DNA of 64,000 nucleotides from Octopus sinensis (taxonomy: Eukaryota), in assembly GCF_006345805.1 (NCBI RefSeq), contig NC_043009.1, forward strand, positions 17,546,001 to 17,610,000, written 5' to 3'. Under the pieces are notes generated by a model. It did not search any database and was not told where the DNA came from. It saw only the letters and a program-made list of their open reading frames with translations. The position numbers and the translations under genes were made by a program. Shown one piece after another: positions 51,765-64,000 of the stretch; position 1 is the stretch's first letter; each line of letters begins with the position of its first letter.

Positions 51765-53915
51765 ATTCTTTTACTTGTTTCAGCCACTTGAATGCAGCCA
51801 TGCTGGAGCACTGCTTTGAAGGGATTTTAGTTGAACAAGTCAACCTCAGGACTTATTTTTTAAAACCTAGTACTTATTCTATTGATCTCTTTTGCCAAAC
51901 TGTCAAGTTACGGGGATATAAACACACCAACATCAGTTGTCAAACAGTGATGGGGGGGGGGAAGCAAATACAAACACAAACACAATAGATGTATACATCT
52001 ATTGTATATATATATGCTTGGCTTAGATTTCCCTTGGCGGGCTGGCCATATCGGAGCAATCTCAAGATTAATCAGCCGAAATTGCTAAGATGATCTGGTT
52101 CTTGACTGATGACTGAGGGCTTCGAATGTCCCGTCCTGTGGTTCTTGTGTCGTCTCTGTGGTGTTTCATGTTCTTGTCCATGTCTGTAATTAATTTTACT
52201 GTTTACCTATATAATCGGCGGCTACGTATCCACAATTGTCCTTATACGATAAGTATATTTTTTTCTCAAGCTTTGATACGACTCTTAATCTGTCTCTTTT
52301 TCTCTCTCTCTCTCTCCTCCCTTATTCCACTCCTTTCTTTCCCTCTCCATCCGTCCCCCCCCCCTTTCTACGTTTCTCTATCTCTCTCACCTCCAGCCCC
52401 CTCGATCTGTCTCTTTCTCTCCTCCCTCGTCACCTTCTCTCCCTTTTCATCTGTCCCTTCTCCTGTCTTTTGTTCTCACGTGACAGCTAGCCGCTGTTGA
52501 GCGCTCTTTTCGTTTTCAGCAGCCTCAGAAGCAACACGTTTTGTTCGTCTCCCCGTGGCCTTTAGGCACAACTTCACAAGCCAGCCCCTACTCAAATCGT
52601 CCTGTCGAAAGACCCTTGTCCTACGTCCTGGTTTTGTTTTGTTGTTTATTTTTTATTTTTACCGTTATTGTCTTTACGTTTTGTATTCTTATTGGTGTCA
52701 CGTATTCTGTATTTTTGTTTGTGTACTTCGATCGTTTTCCGTCCTTTCGTTGTATACATTCGAAGCTTTCTTCCAGGGGATCTAATGCGCTTGGCTTAGA
52801 TTTCCCTTGGCGGGCTGGCCATATCGGAGCAATCTCAAGATTAATCAGCCGAAATTGCTAAGATGATCTGGTTCTTGACTGATGACTGAGGGCTTCGAAT
52901 GTCCCGTCCTGTGGTTCTTGTGTCGTCTCTGTGGTGTTTCATGTTCTTGTCCATGTCTGTAATTAATTTTACTGTTTACCTATATAATCGGCGGCTACGT
53001 ATCCACAATGTCCTTATACGATAAGTATATTTTTTTCTCAAGCTTTGATACGACTCTTAATCTGTCTCTTTTTCTCTCTCTCTCTCTCCTCCCTTATTCC
53101 ACTCCTTTCTTTCCCTCTCCATCGTCCCCCCCCCCCTTCTACGTTTCTCTATCTCTCTCACCTCCAGCCCCCTCGATCTGTCTCTTTCTTCTCCTCCTCG
53201 TCCACCTTCTCTCCCTTTTCATCTGTCCCTTTCTCCTGTCTTTTGTTCTCACGTGACAGCTAGCCGCTGTTGAGCGCTCTTTTCGTTTTCAGCAGCCTCA
53301 GAAGCAACACGTTTTGTTCGTCTCCCCGTGGCCTTTAGGCACAACTTCACAAGCCAGCCCCTACTCAATCGTCCTGTCGAAAGACCCTTGTCCTACGTCC
53401 TGGTTTTGTTTTGTTGTTTATTTTTTATTTTTACCGTTATTGTCTTTACGTTTTGTATTCTTATTGGTGTCACGTATTCTGTATTTTTGTTTGTGTACTT
53501 CGATCGTTTTCCGTCCTTTCGTTGTATACATTCGAAGCTTTCTTCCAGGGGATCTAATGCGCTTGGCTTAGATTTCCTTGGCGGGCTGGCCATATCGGAG
53601 CAATCTCAAGATTAATCAGCCGAAATTGCTAAGATGATCTGGTTCTTGACTGATGACTGAGGGCTTCGAATGTCCCGTCCTGTGGTTCTTGTGTCGTCTC
53701 TGTGGTGTTTCATGTTCTTGTCCATGTCTGTAATTAATTTTACTGTTTACCTATATATATATATATATATATATATGACAGGCTTCTTTCAGCTTCTGTC
53801 TAGCAAATACATTCACAAGGCTTTGGTCAGCTCAAGGTTATAGTAGGAAGACACTTGGCCAAGGTGCCATGCAGTGGGACTGAACCCAAAGCTTCTTACA
53901 ACACAACCACACCTG
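51765..53915 (-). mobile_element. CORE-type SINE interrupted in its (TA)n by the 52016-53757 insertion
   Basis: Tail at 51765-52015; core and head at 53758-53915. Confidence 0.85.
52016..53757. mobile_element. Young tandem element R(198)-U(~575)-R-U-R, period 773/772 bp; possibly derived from a Penelope-like terminal repeat
   Basis: GCTTGGCTTAGATTTC at 52016, 52789 and 53561; units differ essentially only by small indels; CpG-rich with a CT-rich tract; no credible ORF. Confidence 0.85.
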
Positions 53916-53944
53916 CATCTATATATTATATTATTATTATACAG

Positions 53945-54170
53945 TGAAGGTGCATGGCCTAGTGGTTAGGCTGTTTCACTCACAATTGTTAGATTGTGGG
54001 TTCGATTCCCAAACCGGGAAGTACATTGTATTCTTGAGCAAAACACTTCATTTTACGCTGCTCCAGTCCCCCTTTTGATCAGTGGAGATGTGGGCCTGCT
54101 CCCCTAGCCAGCCAAGTGGCATCATTTGAAGGCAAAAACAATGCAAAAGCATTATGGCCAGCAATGATAG
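53945..54170 (+). mobile_element. tRNA-derived SINE with CORE-like body
   Basis: TGGCCTAGTGG A box, GGTTCGATTCC B box, CTTGAGCAAAACACTT core. Confidence 0.8.
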
Positions 54171-54204
54171 GCTGGTCAGTCACATGATTTTTATTATTGT
54201 TGTT

Positions 54205-54415
54205 AAGGCAGCACGCTGGCAGAATCGTTAGCATGCCAGGTAAAATGCTTAGCAGCATTTCATCCATCTTTATGTTCTGAGTTCAAATTCCACCGAGGTC
54301 GATTTTGCCTTTCATCCTTTCAGGGTTGATAAATTAAGTACCAGTGAAACATTAGGGTCGATGTAATCGACTCATCCCCTTCCACCAAATGGCTGCCCTA
54401 GTGGCAAAATTTGAA
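54205..54415 (+). mobile_element. Deu/Nin-like SINE
   Basis: Same sequence family as 25526-25757. Confidence 0.88.
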
Positions 54416-55849
54416 ATCATCATCACCACCACCACCACCATAATAATAATAATAGTACCCATGTTCCATGCTGTGGTGGGTTGGGTGGTCAGACAGGAAC
54501 CAGCAGATGGTCCAATGTTTTTGTTTTTTGGCATTGTTTGTAAAGCTGTATGGCGTTCCTAACATAAACCACGCGGGTGCTTTTTCCATGGCATCAGCAG
54601 TGGTGTGAGATCACCATGTAGCCTGCAAGATTCCCTTATGACTGGGTGGAGCTACACTAGAGAAAAGGGCTGTTTTATGCTATGGGATGAAACCAGACAA
54701 CAAGTCTCCTGTTGTAGATGTGCTACATGGCTACAGTTAAAGAAGAGTGGGTGGAACCATGGATCAATAAAAAATAGTGATGAGATACTAGGGTGGACTT
54801 TAAGGTGAGTGGAAGTCAGTGAGGACAGAATAACAGGCAGTGTAGGTGGGTGGAGGTTGCAAGAGTGTATGAGAGAGAGTGACTGATGGTGAGAGAGAAG
54901 AAATCAGTGAATATTGTCAAGTGCTGAGAGATGGTAGGTTGGAGAAGAGAGAAGAGTAAAAGCTGGATAGGGTTTGAGAGTGACCGATGATGAGTTGAGG
55001 ACAGAAGATGAGTAACAGTGCACAAAAAAGAGGCAGGATGGTGAAAAGTAGGAAAAATAGTAATAATAAAAGTAATGAGTAGACATGAGGAGGGATAGAT
55101 GAAAAGAGGAGAGGTTAAAAGAAGGAGAAGTTATAAGAGAGGGGCAGGTGTAGTGAATGGGAAAGACATGGTGAGGAATTTGCTTGCACATTACACACAC
55201 ACACACACACACACACACTGTCGAGTCTACATTTTCAGCTCCTTGCTAGCTTTTAATTCTCTAATACACCTATCATCTTTGTATCAGCCATTCCACTGAC
55301 ACCCATGTCCCTAGCATTCATATCTCTTAATCACTCTTTCTTTTTACTCTCATTGTACTGTCAGTGTGCAAGAATATCAATGGTTTTTCTGTGACCCTCT
55401 CTCCTATTTTCATCCCTTCCCTTCCTCATCCTATAGCTCTCTTACTCATCACAAGGCATAGGCATGACAGTTGATCAGATTCATACATAGCCCATACAAA
55501 CCATTATTACTCCTTCAATGGCCATTTAATATCAACATCCATCGTTCACCCTCACCATTTATCCACTTTGGATCGTTCATCACTCTCTCACTCCCATTCT
55601 CTCTTGTGCTAGTGCTATGATAGAATGCACTCAATACACTCTATAAAGTGGTTGCAACTAGAAAATGCATCTAGTCATAGAAACCCAAGCTAAAACTGAA
55701 GCTTAATGAACGAGAAGAGGTCCTGAGACTTATTGAGAGTAGCAATGAATGGTCCAGTAGAGAAAGCAAACATAAAATGATGGTATATATATAATCACCA
55801 TCATAATTTCAAATCTGTGCTTTCATGCTTGCATAGGTTGATTGGTTTC

Positions 55850-55995
55850 TTCCTCCAGGGCATTGCTGCAGTCTTTTGCCATCGTCTTCATGAGGCTCGG
55901 CATCCTGAGATTAGCTTTTTCTAATTCTCTTCATGTCTTTCTACTTTTACCCCTGGCACATGTTCTTGGATCACTTTGGCATTTTCTAACTCACC
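55850..55995 (-). pseudogene. Degenerate RTE C-terminal fragment
   Basis: VRKCQS..RTCARGKSRKT*RE..KANLRM aligns to the RGRPRKTW region. Confidence 0.5.
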
Positions 55996-56942
55996 TGTCA
56001 TCCTTTGTACCTATCATATTTCCATATTAATGCAGTCATCTCTCTTGTACACTACATCTGATTCCTCTTACACTCAATCTTACTCTCAGCTTGTTTCTGC
56101 TCCTTCACTCACACACAAACTGCTGCTGCTGCTACTACCACCTTTATTTACTATTATATAGTTTTATTTTAGCTGTCTCTTTTCATCTGTTTGTAATCCG
56201 AGATAATAAAAATGACTAACTTTTCAAATAAAAACAATGTTTTTTTTTTTTATTTCTTCTTGCACTACACAAAATAATATATTCAGCAATAATGTGGAGG
56301 GGGAAAAAAAAGCATAACAAAAATCAACCAACTAAAAATTGTGCTAGTAGTCATCTGAAACTTGTGTATAACATTAAAATGATTATTTGTTCTTTCATTC
56401 AATGAATTATAGAATCGGCTGTTGCTAAGTAGGAGGAGAAGGGGAGAGAGGGTAAGGCCAAAACAAACACCTGCTTTTTGAAGTTTTAATGGTTAAGGTT
56501 TTTTTTTTCCATTTGTTGTTCTTGTTGTTGAACCAGTGGAAAATAGAAAATACGTATTGCTACCGTTGTATTTCCTTGCATGATTTTATGTAATTTTGTT
56601 ACTAATTTTGAAAGTAATTTTATTTTTCATTCATATTTTAGAAATTTTACTCCAAATATGTTCTGATTAATTAAATAAATTATAAAGAGTGTAACAGATT
56701 CTTAATAAGAGTTAAGTATCAGGAGTGGGGATGGGCGCTGCACTTTTTTTCCTGTCTACTTCTCGGCAGTATTTGTAAACTTTCATTTATTCTTATTTAT
56801 TTATTTTCATTTAATTTTGCTATAGAATAGACCAGATACATGCATACATACATACATATATATATACATACATACATATATATATATATATTATATACAT
56901 ACATACATATATATACATACATACATACATACACATACATAC

Positions 56943-56985
<43 letters not shown>

Positions 56986-57042
56986 AAACACACTTATAGG
57001 TGTATAATGCTTGAAATTAAAATTCAGTACATGTCATGGAGA

Positions 57043-57295
57043 TTATATATTTGTATAAACAGCTTGACACAGATCTGCATTACAAACAGTTTCACAGATA
57101 CAAAAAGCAGGTCTGATTATTTGATTATTATAATATATTAACACATCCAAATGATCAGGTGTGCTTGCTGCATTTGTGAAACTGCCTTTGGGAAACCATC
57201 CGAAAGAGTCTTCTGTTGCAATGGAATCGTGACATGCACCAAGTTGATTGTTTACAAAGAAGTTGTTCTTACAGACCTTTAGCAAAGCTTCGGTT
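57043..57295 (-). CDS. Candidate terminal exon, product unknown
   Basis: GTTTGTCTTTTTCATAAAG| acceptor and an 84-codon open frame TEALLKVCKNNFFVNNQLGACHDS..FGWFPKGSFTN..*. Confidence 0.15.
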
Positions 57296-57519
57296 CTTTA
57301 TGAAAAAGACAAACAGTTTCACAGATGCAAAAAGTATGTCTCACAATTTGAATGCTACAATACTATATTCTATCATCACATGATCAAACCAGATACTTGC
57401 AGCTGAGGTGTTACACCATCAACAGAGAAAAATTGGTTAAGTTCAAAGAATAACAGATTATTGGTTGCTGAATGGCAAGAAAATGCTCAGTGGGAGCATG
57501 AAGGTAGGGTTATAATTTA

Positions 57520-57875
57520 AGAACATGGAAGGTGAATGAAGCATAATGTCACCATTCCTAGTGATCACTCCAAACACGATGGTGTTGACTGGACTTTTAT
57601 CATTCTCAGTACATGTCCTCAGATTGCACTGTTCTCACATTGACACCGAAACACTCTGAAATGTTCGTATTGGATCTTCCAGTGTGAATGCCAAGCAGTA
57701 CAGCATGTCATTTCCAAATTTCTGGCACAGTGAATTGCATCATGGTGCTGTTTTTACTCACAGATGGTGCCCAACTGACCCTACTATAGTATGCAGTTGA
57801 CAAAATCAAGAACAAACAATGTGCAAGCATGAAATAAAAAATATAAAATGGTAACAATTTATCCATCGCACCCTG
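57520..57875 (-). mobile_element. Internally deleted Tc1/mariner-superfamily element
   Basis: End CAGGGTGCGATGGATAAATTG; MMQFTVPEIWK*HAVLLGIHTGRSN.. joined to PVNTIVFGVITRNGDIM. Confidence 0.65.
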
Positions 57876-57996
57876 CGTGCATGTGTATATATACATATAC
57901 ACACACTTACATACACGCATTCTTTTATTCCTTCATACATTTCAGCCATATATACGCACACACACACACACACATATATACATATGTATATATATA

Positions 57997-58027
<31 letters not shown>

Positions 58028-58063
58028 CATATATATATGTGTGTGTGTGTGTGTGTGTTTATT

Positions 58064-58094
<31 letters not shown>

Positions 58095-58103
58095 GTATGT
58101 ATA

Positions 58104-58275
58104 TCATCATCATCGTTTAGCGTCCGCTTTCCATGCTAGCATGGGTTGGACAGTTCAACTGGGGTCTGAGAAGCCAGAAGGCTGCACCAGGCCCAGTCTG
58201 ATCTGGCAATGCTTCTACGGCTGGATGCCCTTCCTAACGCCAACCACTCCATGAGTGTAGTGGGTGCTTTTTACG
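58104..58275 (-). mobile_element. RTE-type 3' tail element
   Basis: (CAT)n-CGTTTAGCGTCCGCTTTCCATGC..GGCTGGATGCCCTTCCTAACGCC. Confidence 0.88.
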
Positions 58276-58308
58276 TGCCACCGGCATAGATGCCAGTGTG
58301 TGTGTGTA

Positions 58309-58388
<80 letters not shown>

Positions 58389-58404
58389 GTGTGCATGTGT
58401 GTGT

Positions 58405-58466
<62 letters not shown>

Positions 58467-58554
58467 GTATATATATATATATATATATGTGTGCATGTGT
58501 GTGTGTGTATATATATATATATATGTATGTATGTGCATATATATAATTATTTTT

Positions 58555-58935
58555 CACCTGATTCAGTCATTTTGACTGTGGCCTTGCTGGGCATCACCTT
58601 GAAGAGTTTTTTAATTCAATAAATTGACCCAAGGACTTATTTTTAAATATAGCATTGGTTTCTTTTGCCGAATCACTAAGTTACAGGGATTTAAACACAC
58701 TAACACTGGTTGTCAAACAGTCGTGTGGGACAATCACACACATACACACACACAACGGGCTTCTTTCAGTTTCCTCCTATTAAAGCCACTCACAAGGATA
58801 CTATAGCCTTGGGCTGACTTTACTTGCCCCGAGGCTATAGTAGAAGGCACTTACCCAAATTGCCACGTAGTGGGACTGAACCCAGAACCATGTAGTTGGG
58901 AAGCAAGCTTCTTACAACACACCCACACCTGTACT
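58555..58935 (-). mobile_element. CORE-type SINE
   Basis: Same family as 32947-33346. Confidence 0.85.
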
Positions 58936-59488
58936 TATGTATATATATGAAACTAACAAAGATCTCTAGTTCCTGTAGGCCTGGCAAAGTTGATCATTCT
59001 CCTAAAAACACCTGGGAAAAAAGTGAACTGAACTGATTGGTGCATTTCAGCTAGGAGTGTGATGCAGAACCACGTACAGTGTATGAAGCAACAACTCCAT
59101 GTCTATTTCTGTGGTGTTCTATTCACATGATCATTCACATTTACCTCACCTCTCTGTGTCTGTCTGCCTGTCTATCTGTCTCTCTTCCCATGATCCCACC
59201 CTGCAAAAAGAAATAATCTGTCCAGAAGGAAACATACAACCAATATACTGCCATCCCGTCAAAGGATTATTTGAAAACATATTTATTTCTCACGTTAAAC
59301 TTTTACTTCTATTGAAATATAAGGCCAGACCTGGGTAAAAAGTAAAGAACTAAAGTATACGAATTAAGAATTGAATAATAAAGTAGTGTTATTTGTATCT
59401 TCAACTCAGCCCATCAGGAATGTAAACTTTTTTTTAATAACTAAGCCAATATTTTTAAAAAAAAGGTTGTTGTTGGTATTGCTGCTAA

Positions 59489-59529
<41 letters not shown>

Positions 59530-59777
59530 GGGCTAACGAAAAACCAAAAAAAAATGCTGCACAACAGTGGTGGTTTGATTGTAAAGATTTCCTAAGATGA
59601 GGATATCTTAGTTGTGATATGGACAAATGCCAGACACACAGGTTGTTTATGTGTGTGTGTGTGTGTGAGAGAGAGGCGGGAGAGAGAAAAGGGCAGACAC
59701 ACACTGCTTGTAAAGATTGTAAAGATGTGAGATGGAGACAAGTCAACTGAAGTTTGCTGATAGGAAGTTGAAAAAAA

Positions 59778-60241
59778 AGGGTTCCAAGGAAAAGATTTTA
59801 TATATATATATATACATATATGTGTATATATATACATATACATGTATACATATACATATATATGTATACATATACATATATATGTATATATACACACATG
59901 TATATATATATATACACATATATATGTATATATACACATATATATGTATATATACACACATGTATATATATATATAAACACATACATATGTATATATACA
60001 CATATATATGTATATATACACACATGTATATATATATATAAACACATACATATATATATATACATGTATATGTGTATATATATATACATATATGTATATA
60101 TATACATATATGTATATATATACATATAAATGTATATATACACACATATATATATGTATATATACACATATATATATATACATTATATATATATACATAT
60201 ATATGTATATATATATAAAGTATATATATATATACATATAT
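59778..60241. repeat. Compound (TA)/(CA)/(TG) microsatellite
   Basis: Direct reading of the sequence. Confidence 0.95.
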
Positions 60242-60535
60242 ATCATCATCATCATCATTTAACGTCCGTTTTCAATGCAAGCATGGGTTTGACGGTTTGA
60301 CCGGGGTATGGTAAGCCATGGAGGCTGCACCAGGCTCCAGTCTGATTTGGCAGTGTTTCTACGGCTGGATGCCCTTCCTAATGCCAACCACTCCGTGAGT
60401 GTAGTGGGTGCTTTTTACATGCCACCGGCACAGGGGCCAGAGCAGGCTGGTAAACGGCCACGATCGGTTGGTGCTTTTACGTGTCACCAACATGGATGCC
60501 AGTAAGGCACCGCTAGTATCTGCCACATTCGGATG
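60242..60535 (-). mobile_element. RTE-type 3' tail element with two UTR modules
   Basis: (CAT)n tail and conserved GGCTGGATGCCCTTCC block, then two GTGCTTTT..TGCCAC-type modules. Confidence 0.88.
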
Positions 60536-60549
60536 GAGCTTTTTACGTA

Positions 60550-60554
60550 CACAG

Positions 60555-60601
<47 letters not shown>

Positions 60602-61669
60602 CATACACACATATACATATATATATACATACATACATATATATATGTATATATATACATACACACATATACATATATATATACATACATACATATATAT
60701 ATATACATACATACTATATATATATATATCATACATACATATATAATATACATACACACATATACATATATATTTATAATACATACATATATATATAATA
60801 CATACCTACATATACATATATACATACCTACATACATATATATATATACATACATACATATATATCATACATACATACATATATATATATATACATACAT
60901 ACATATATATATACATACATACATATATATATATACATACATATATATATATACATACATACATACATATATATATATATACATACATACATATATATAT
61001 ATACATACATACATATATATATATACATACATACATATATATATATACATACATACATATATATATACATACATACAATATATATATACATACATACATA
61101 TATATATATACATACATACATATATATATACATACATACATATATATATACATACATACATACATACATATTATATATATACATACATACATATATATTA
61201 TACATACATATATAGACAATACATACATACATATATATATATATACATACATACATATATATATATATACTACATACATATATATATATACATACATACA
61301 TATATATATATAATATATCCATAACATATATCATATATATACATACATACTATTATATACTATATTATACATTAATACATTACATACATAATATATACAT
61401 ACATACATATTATATATACATACATTACATACTATATATAACATACATATATACCTATACTATTATTAACATATCATCTATATAATATACATACTACTAT
61501 ATATATACTTACATACTACATAGATATATATACTACTATACATATATATTATACATACATACCAGTATTATATACATACATACATATATATATATAATAA
61601 CATACATATATACATATTATAGATATACATACATACATATATATAATACATACATACAATATATATATA

Positions 61670-61702
<33 letters not shown>

Positions 61703-62293
61703 TATATACATACATACATATATATATACATACATACATATATATATACATACATACATATATATATATATATACATATATACATATATATATATACATA
61801 CATATATAATACAATACATACATATATATATATACATACATACATATATATACTATACATACATACATATATATATATACATACATACATACAATATATA
61901 CATACATACATATAATATTATATACTATATACATATAATATATATACATACATACATATATATATATACATACAAAGATATATATATATATACATATATA
62001 CATAATATATATATATTATATACATACACACATATAATATATATATATACATACACACATAATATATATATATACACACATATATATATATATATACATA
62101 CACTATATATAATACATACACATATATATACATATATATATATACATATACATACATATATATATACATATACATACATATACATATGTACATATATATA
62201 TATGTTTATATACATATACACACACACACATATATATATACATATACATACATATACATATGTACATATATATATATATGTTTATATACATAT

Positions 62294-62334
<41 letters not shown>

Positions 62335-62410
62335 CACACACATATATGTATATATACATATATGTATATATACATATACACACACTTATATCATCATCAT
62401 CATATATATA
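60550..62410. repeat. ~1.9-kb (TACA)/(TA) microsatellite array
   Basis: Direct reading; degenerate between ~61300 and ~61700. Confidence 0.95.
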
Positions 62411-62984
62411 TATATATGTTCCAACAGAGTTGGTTTGAAAGTCTAAATTCTTTGGCTGTTATCTTATAAATATGTTCCATCAAAACATTTGAGAAAGTCT
62501 CCAAACTTCAAAACTTTGGGTGTTCCAGGTTAAGTACCAGTCAAACAATTTGTCCATGAAAAGATGTCAGTTACATGAAAGAATAAATAACTCAAGCCCC
62601 AGCTGTTCAACTGATTTGAGACTGGGTAAAGCAGCAAACAAGAACATCAAAAAGTGTAAATACCAATAGATACACAATCACTGTTTTGTTGGCACTGATC
62701 AAGCACATGTATATCAGATTAATAATAATAATTTCATGAATAATAAATGATGACGATGACGATGATGACAATGTTGATAGATATTGGTAAAGATGATGAT
62801 GATTTCACTGAATGCATTGATAATAAAAAAAAAAATTTTAACTGAGGAATAAAGGTTGTCTGAGAATTAGTATTGTAGCCTGTCCATTGGAGGAAATGTT
62901 TCATAGTAATTTGTGGTATAAATACAATGCTAATATTTTTGTAGGAAAGATGCTATAGTTAACAGAATGAACTTAGAATATTAC

Positions 62985-63460
62985 CAGTACTTATTTTATC
63001 AACTCCAGAAGGGTAATGGGGTTGATCCTAACAGGCTTTGAATTTGGAACATAAAAGGCAAATAACAAAATAAATTAAAGCAGTTTAGCCCAACACACCA
63101 TTTTGGCACTGTCATTTCTGCAACTTCAACATCAATAATATGGATTTCTAATATAATCACATGGCAAGTTCTATCTGAAAGATGGTCGATAGTGAATTGT
63201 ACACAATACTCGATGGATATTTTAATATTTTCAACACTTGGAATTTAAACTTAAAATGTGTAGACGGCATAACTAAATACAACAAATCTCTGCCATCCAA
63301 CACTCTTAATAGCAAGAATAAATATCATTTACAAAGGCACAAGGCTAACAATTTTGAAGAAGAGTAGCTAATTATATAGTTCACAGTATCTGATACTTAT
63401 TTTATAGATTCTGGAAGGATAAAAGCCAACATTGGATTTGAACTCAAAACATAAAGAAAT
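62985..63460 (-). mobile_element. Two decayed Deu/Nin-like SINE fragments (~62985-63100 and ~63390-63460)
   Basis: TACTTATTTTAT..GGA..AAA..CAA..GATTTGAACT pattern in reverse orientation. Confidence 0.55.
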
Positions 63461-64000
63461 GCAATACCAATGAAGCAGGGATATGAAGTTTTAAATATTT
63501 TAGAAGGAGGTAAGATGCGATGTTAACACTCATCTGAAGAATATTTTTATAAATGAAATGGAGAAAATTTGATGATTGAAATCTTTATGTTTTGTCAATG
63601 GATATTAGTAACAGGGTGAATGGAAATGCTGAAAGCAGGGATTAAACACAAGAAATAATGTTAGGATATCTAGACACTGTCATTAGTATAATGTGCTCAC
63701 AAACAAATAAGATATCTTGGTAGAAAAAAACAACCTTTCCTATACATTTAATGATGTGGGATTTAGAGTATTAGAATAAGAAAGCAAAACATTTTATTTA
63801 TAATTATTTAGTCCAAGATGGAAAGTGCCCTGTAATTTACAGATCATCCCACCTTTATGAACAAGGCAGGTATTCCAGGGGTCTAGAATTCTAGAAAGAC
63901 AGAATGTAAATATCAGTTTAGAGTGTGTAAAATAGTGGGAATGAAAATCATTAATGGTATAGTATTCATACTTTAATGGAAAACATTGCATGCAAAACGA

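Noticed and set aside
52106-52135. Canonical hammerhead ribozyme at CTGATGA..GAAT
   Set aside because: No G-C closing pair for stem II directly after CTGATGA, GAAT instead of GAAA, and the junction spacing is wrong; kept only as a non-canonical candidate.
52016-53757. Classical LTR retrotransposon or TRIM
   Set aside because: No TG..CA termini, primer-binding site, polypurine tract or target-site duplication on either strand.
59592-62469. Long ORFs (up to 263 aa) of YI/HT/CV repeats, and similar ORFs at 37925-38507, 57806-58622 and 14649-15027
   Set aside because: Translations of dinucleotide and tetranucleotide microsatellites, which lack stop codons; no coding signal.

Overview
AT-rich, microsatellite-saturated eukaryotic DNA. 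The SINE, LINE and MITE content suggests an octopod cephalopod (inference from repeat families; no marker gene is present). Most of the window is repeat-derived: many tRNA-headed SINEs of at least three types, 5'-truncated RTE LINEs, a decayed L1/Tx1-type LINE, Penelope-like fragments, a full-length dead mariner (28322-29574), Tc1 and hAT remnants, TTAA and TA MITEs, and a Helitron/DINE-like tandem element. No host gene can be named. The best gene evidence is three phase-compatible candidate exons on the minus strand (17574 to 11018). Almost all long ORFs in the supplied track are microsatellite read-through. The most unusual structures are: (1) a very young R-U-R-U-R tandem element with a 773-bp period (52016-53757), inserted in the (TA)n of a SINE, whose unit junction folds into a branched structure; (2) a perfect 48-bp foldback (40521-40635) whose two arms together reconstruct a minimal hammerhead-like core; (3) a roughly 290-bp duplicated segment bracketed by 112-bp inverted repeats (36952-37458). 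All alignments and folds were done by eye; coordinates marked ~ are approximate.
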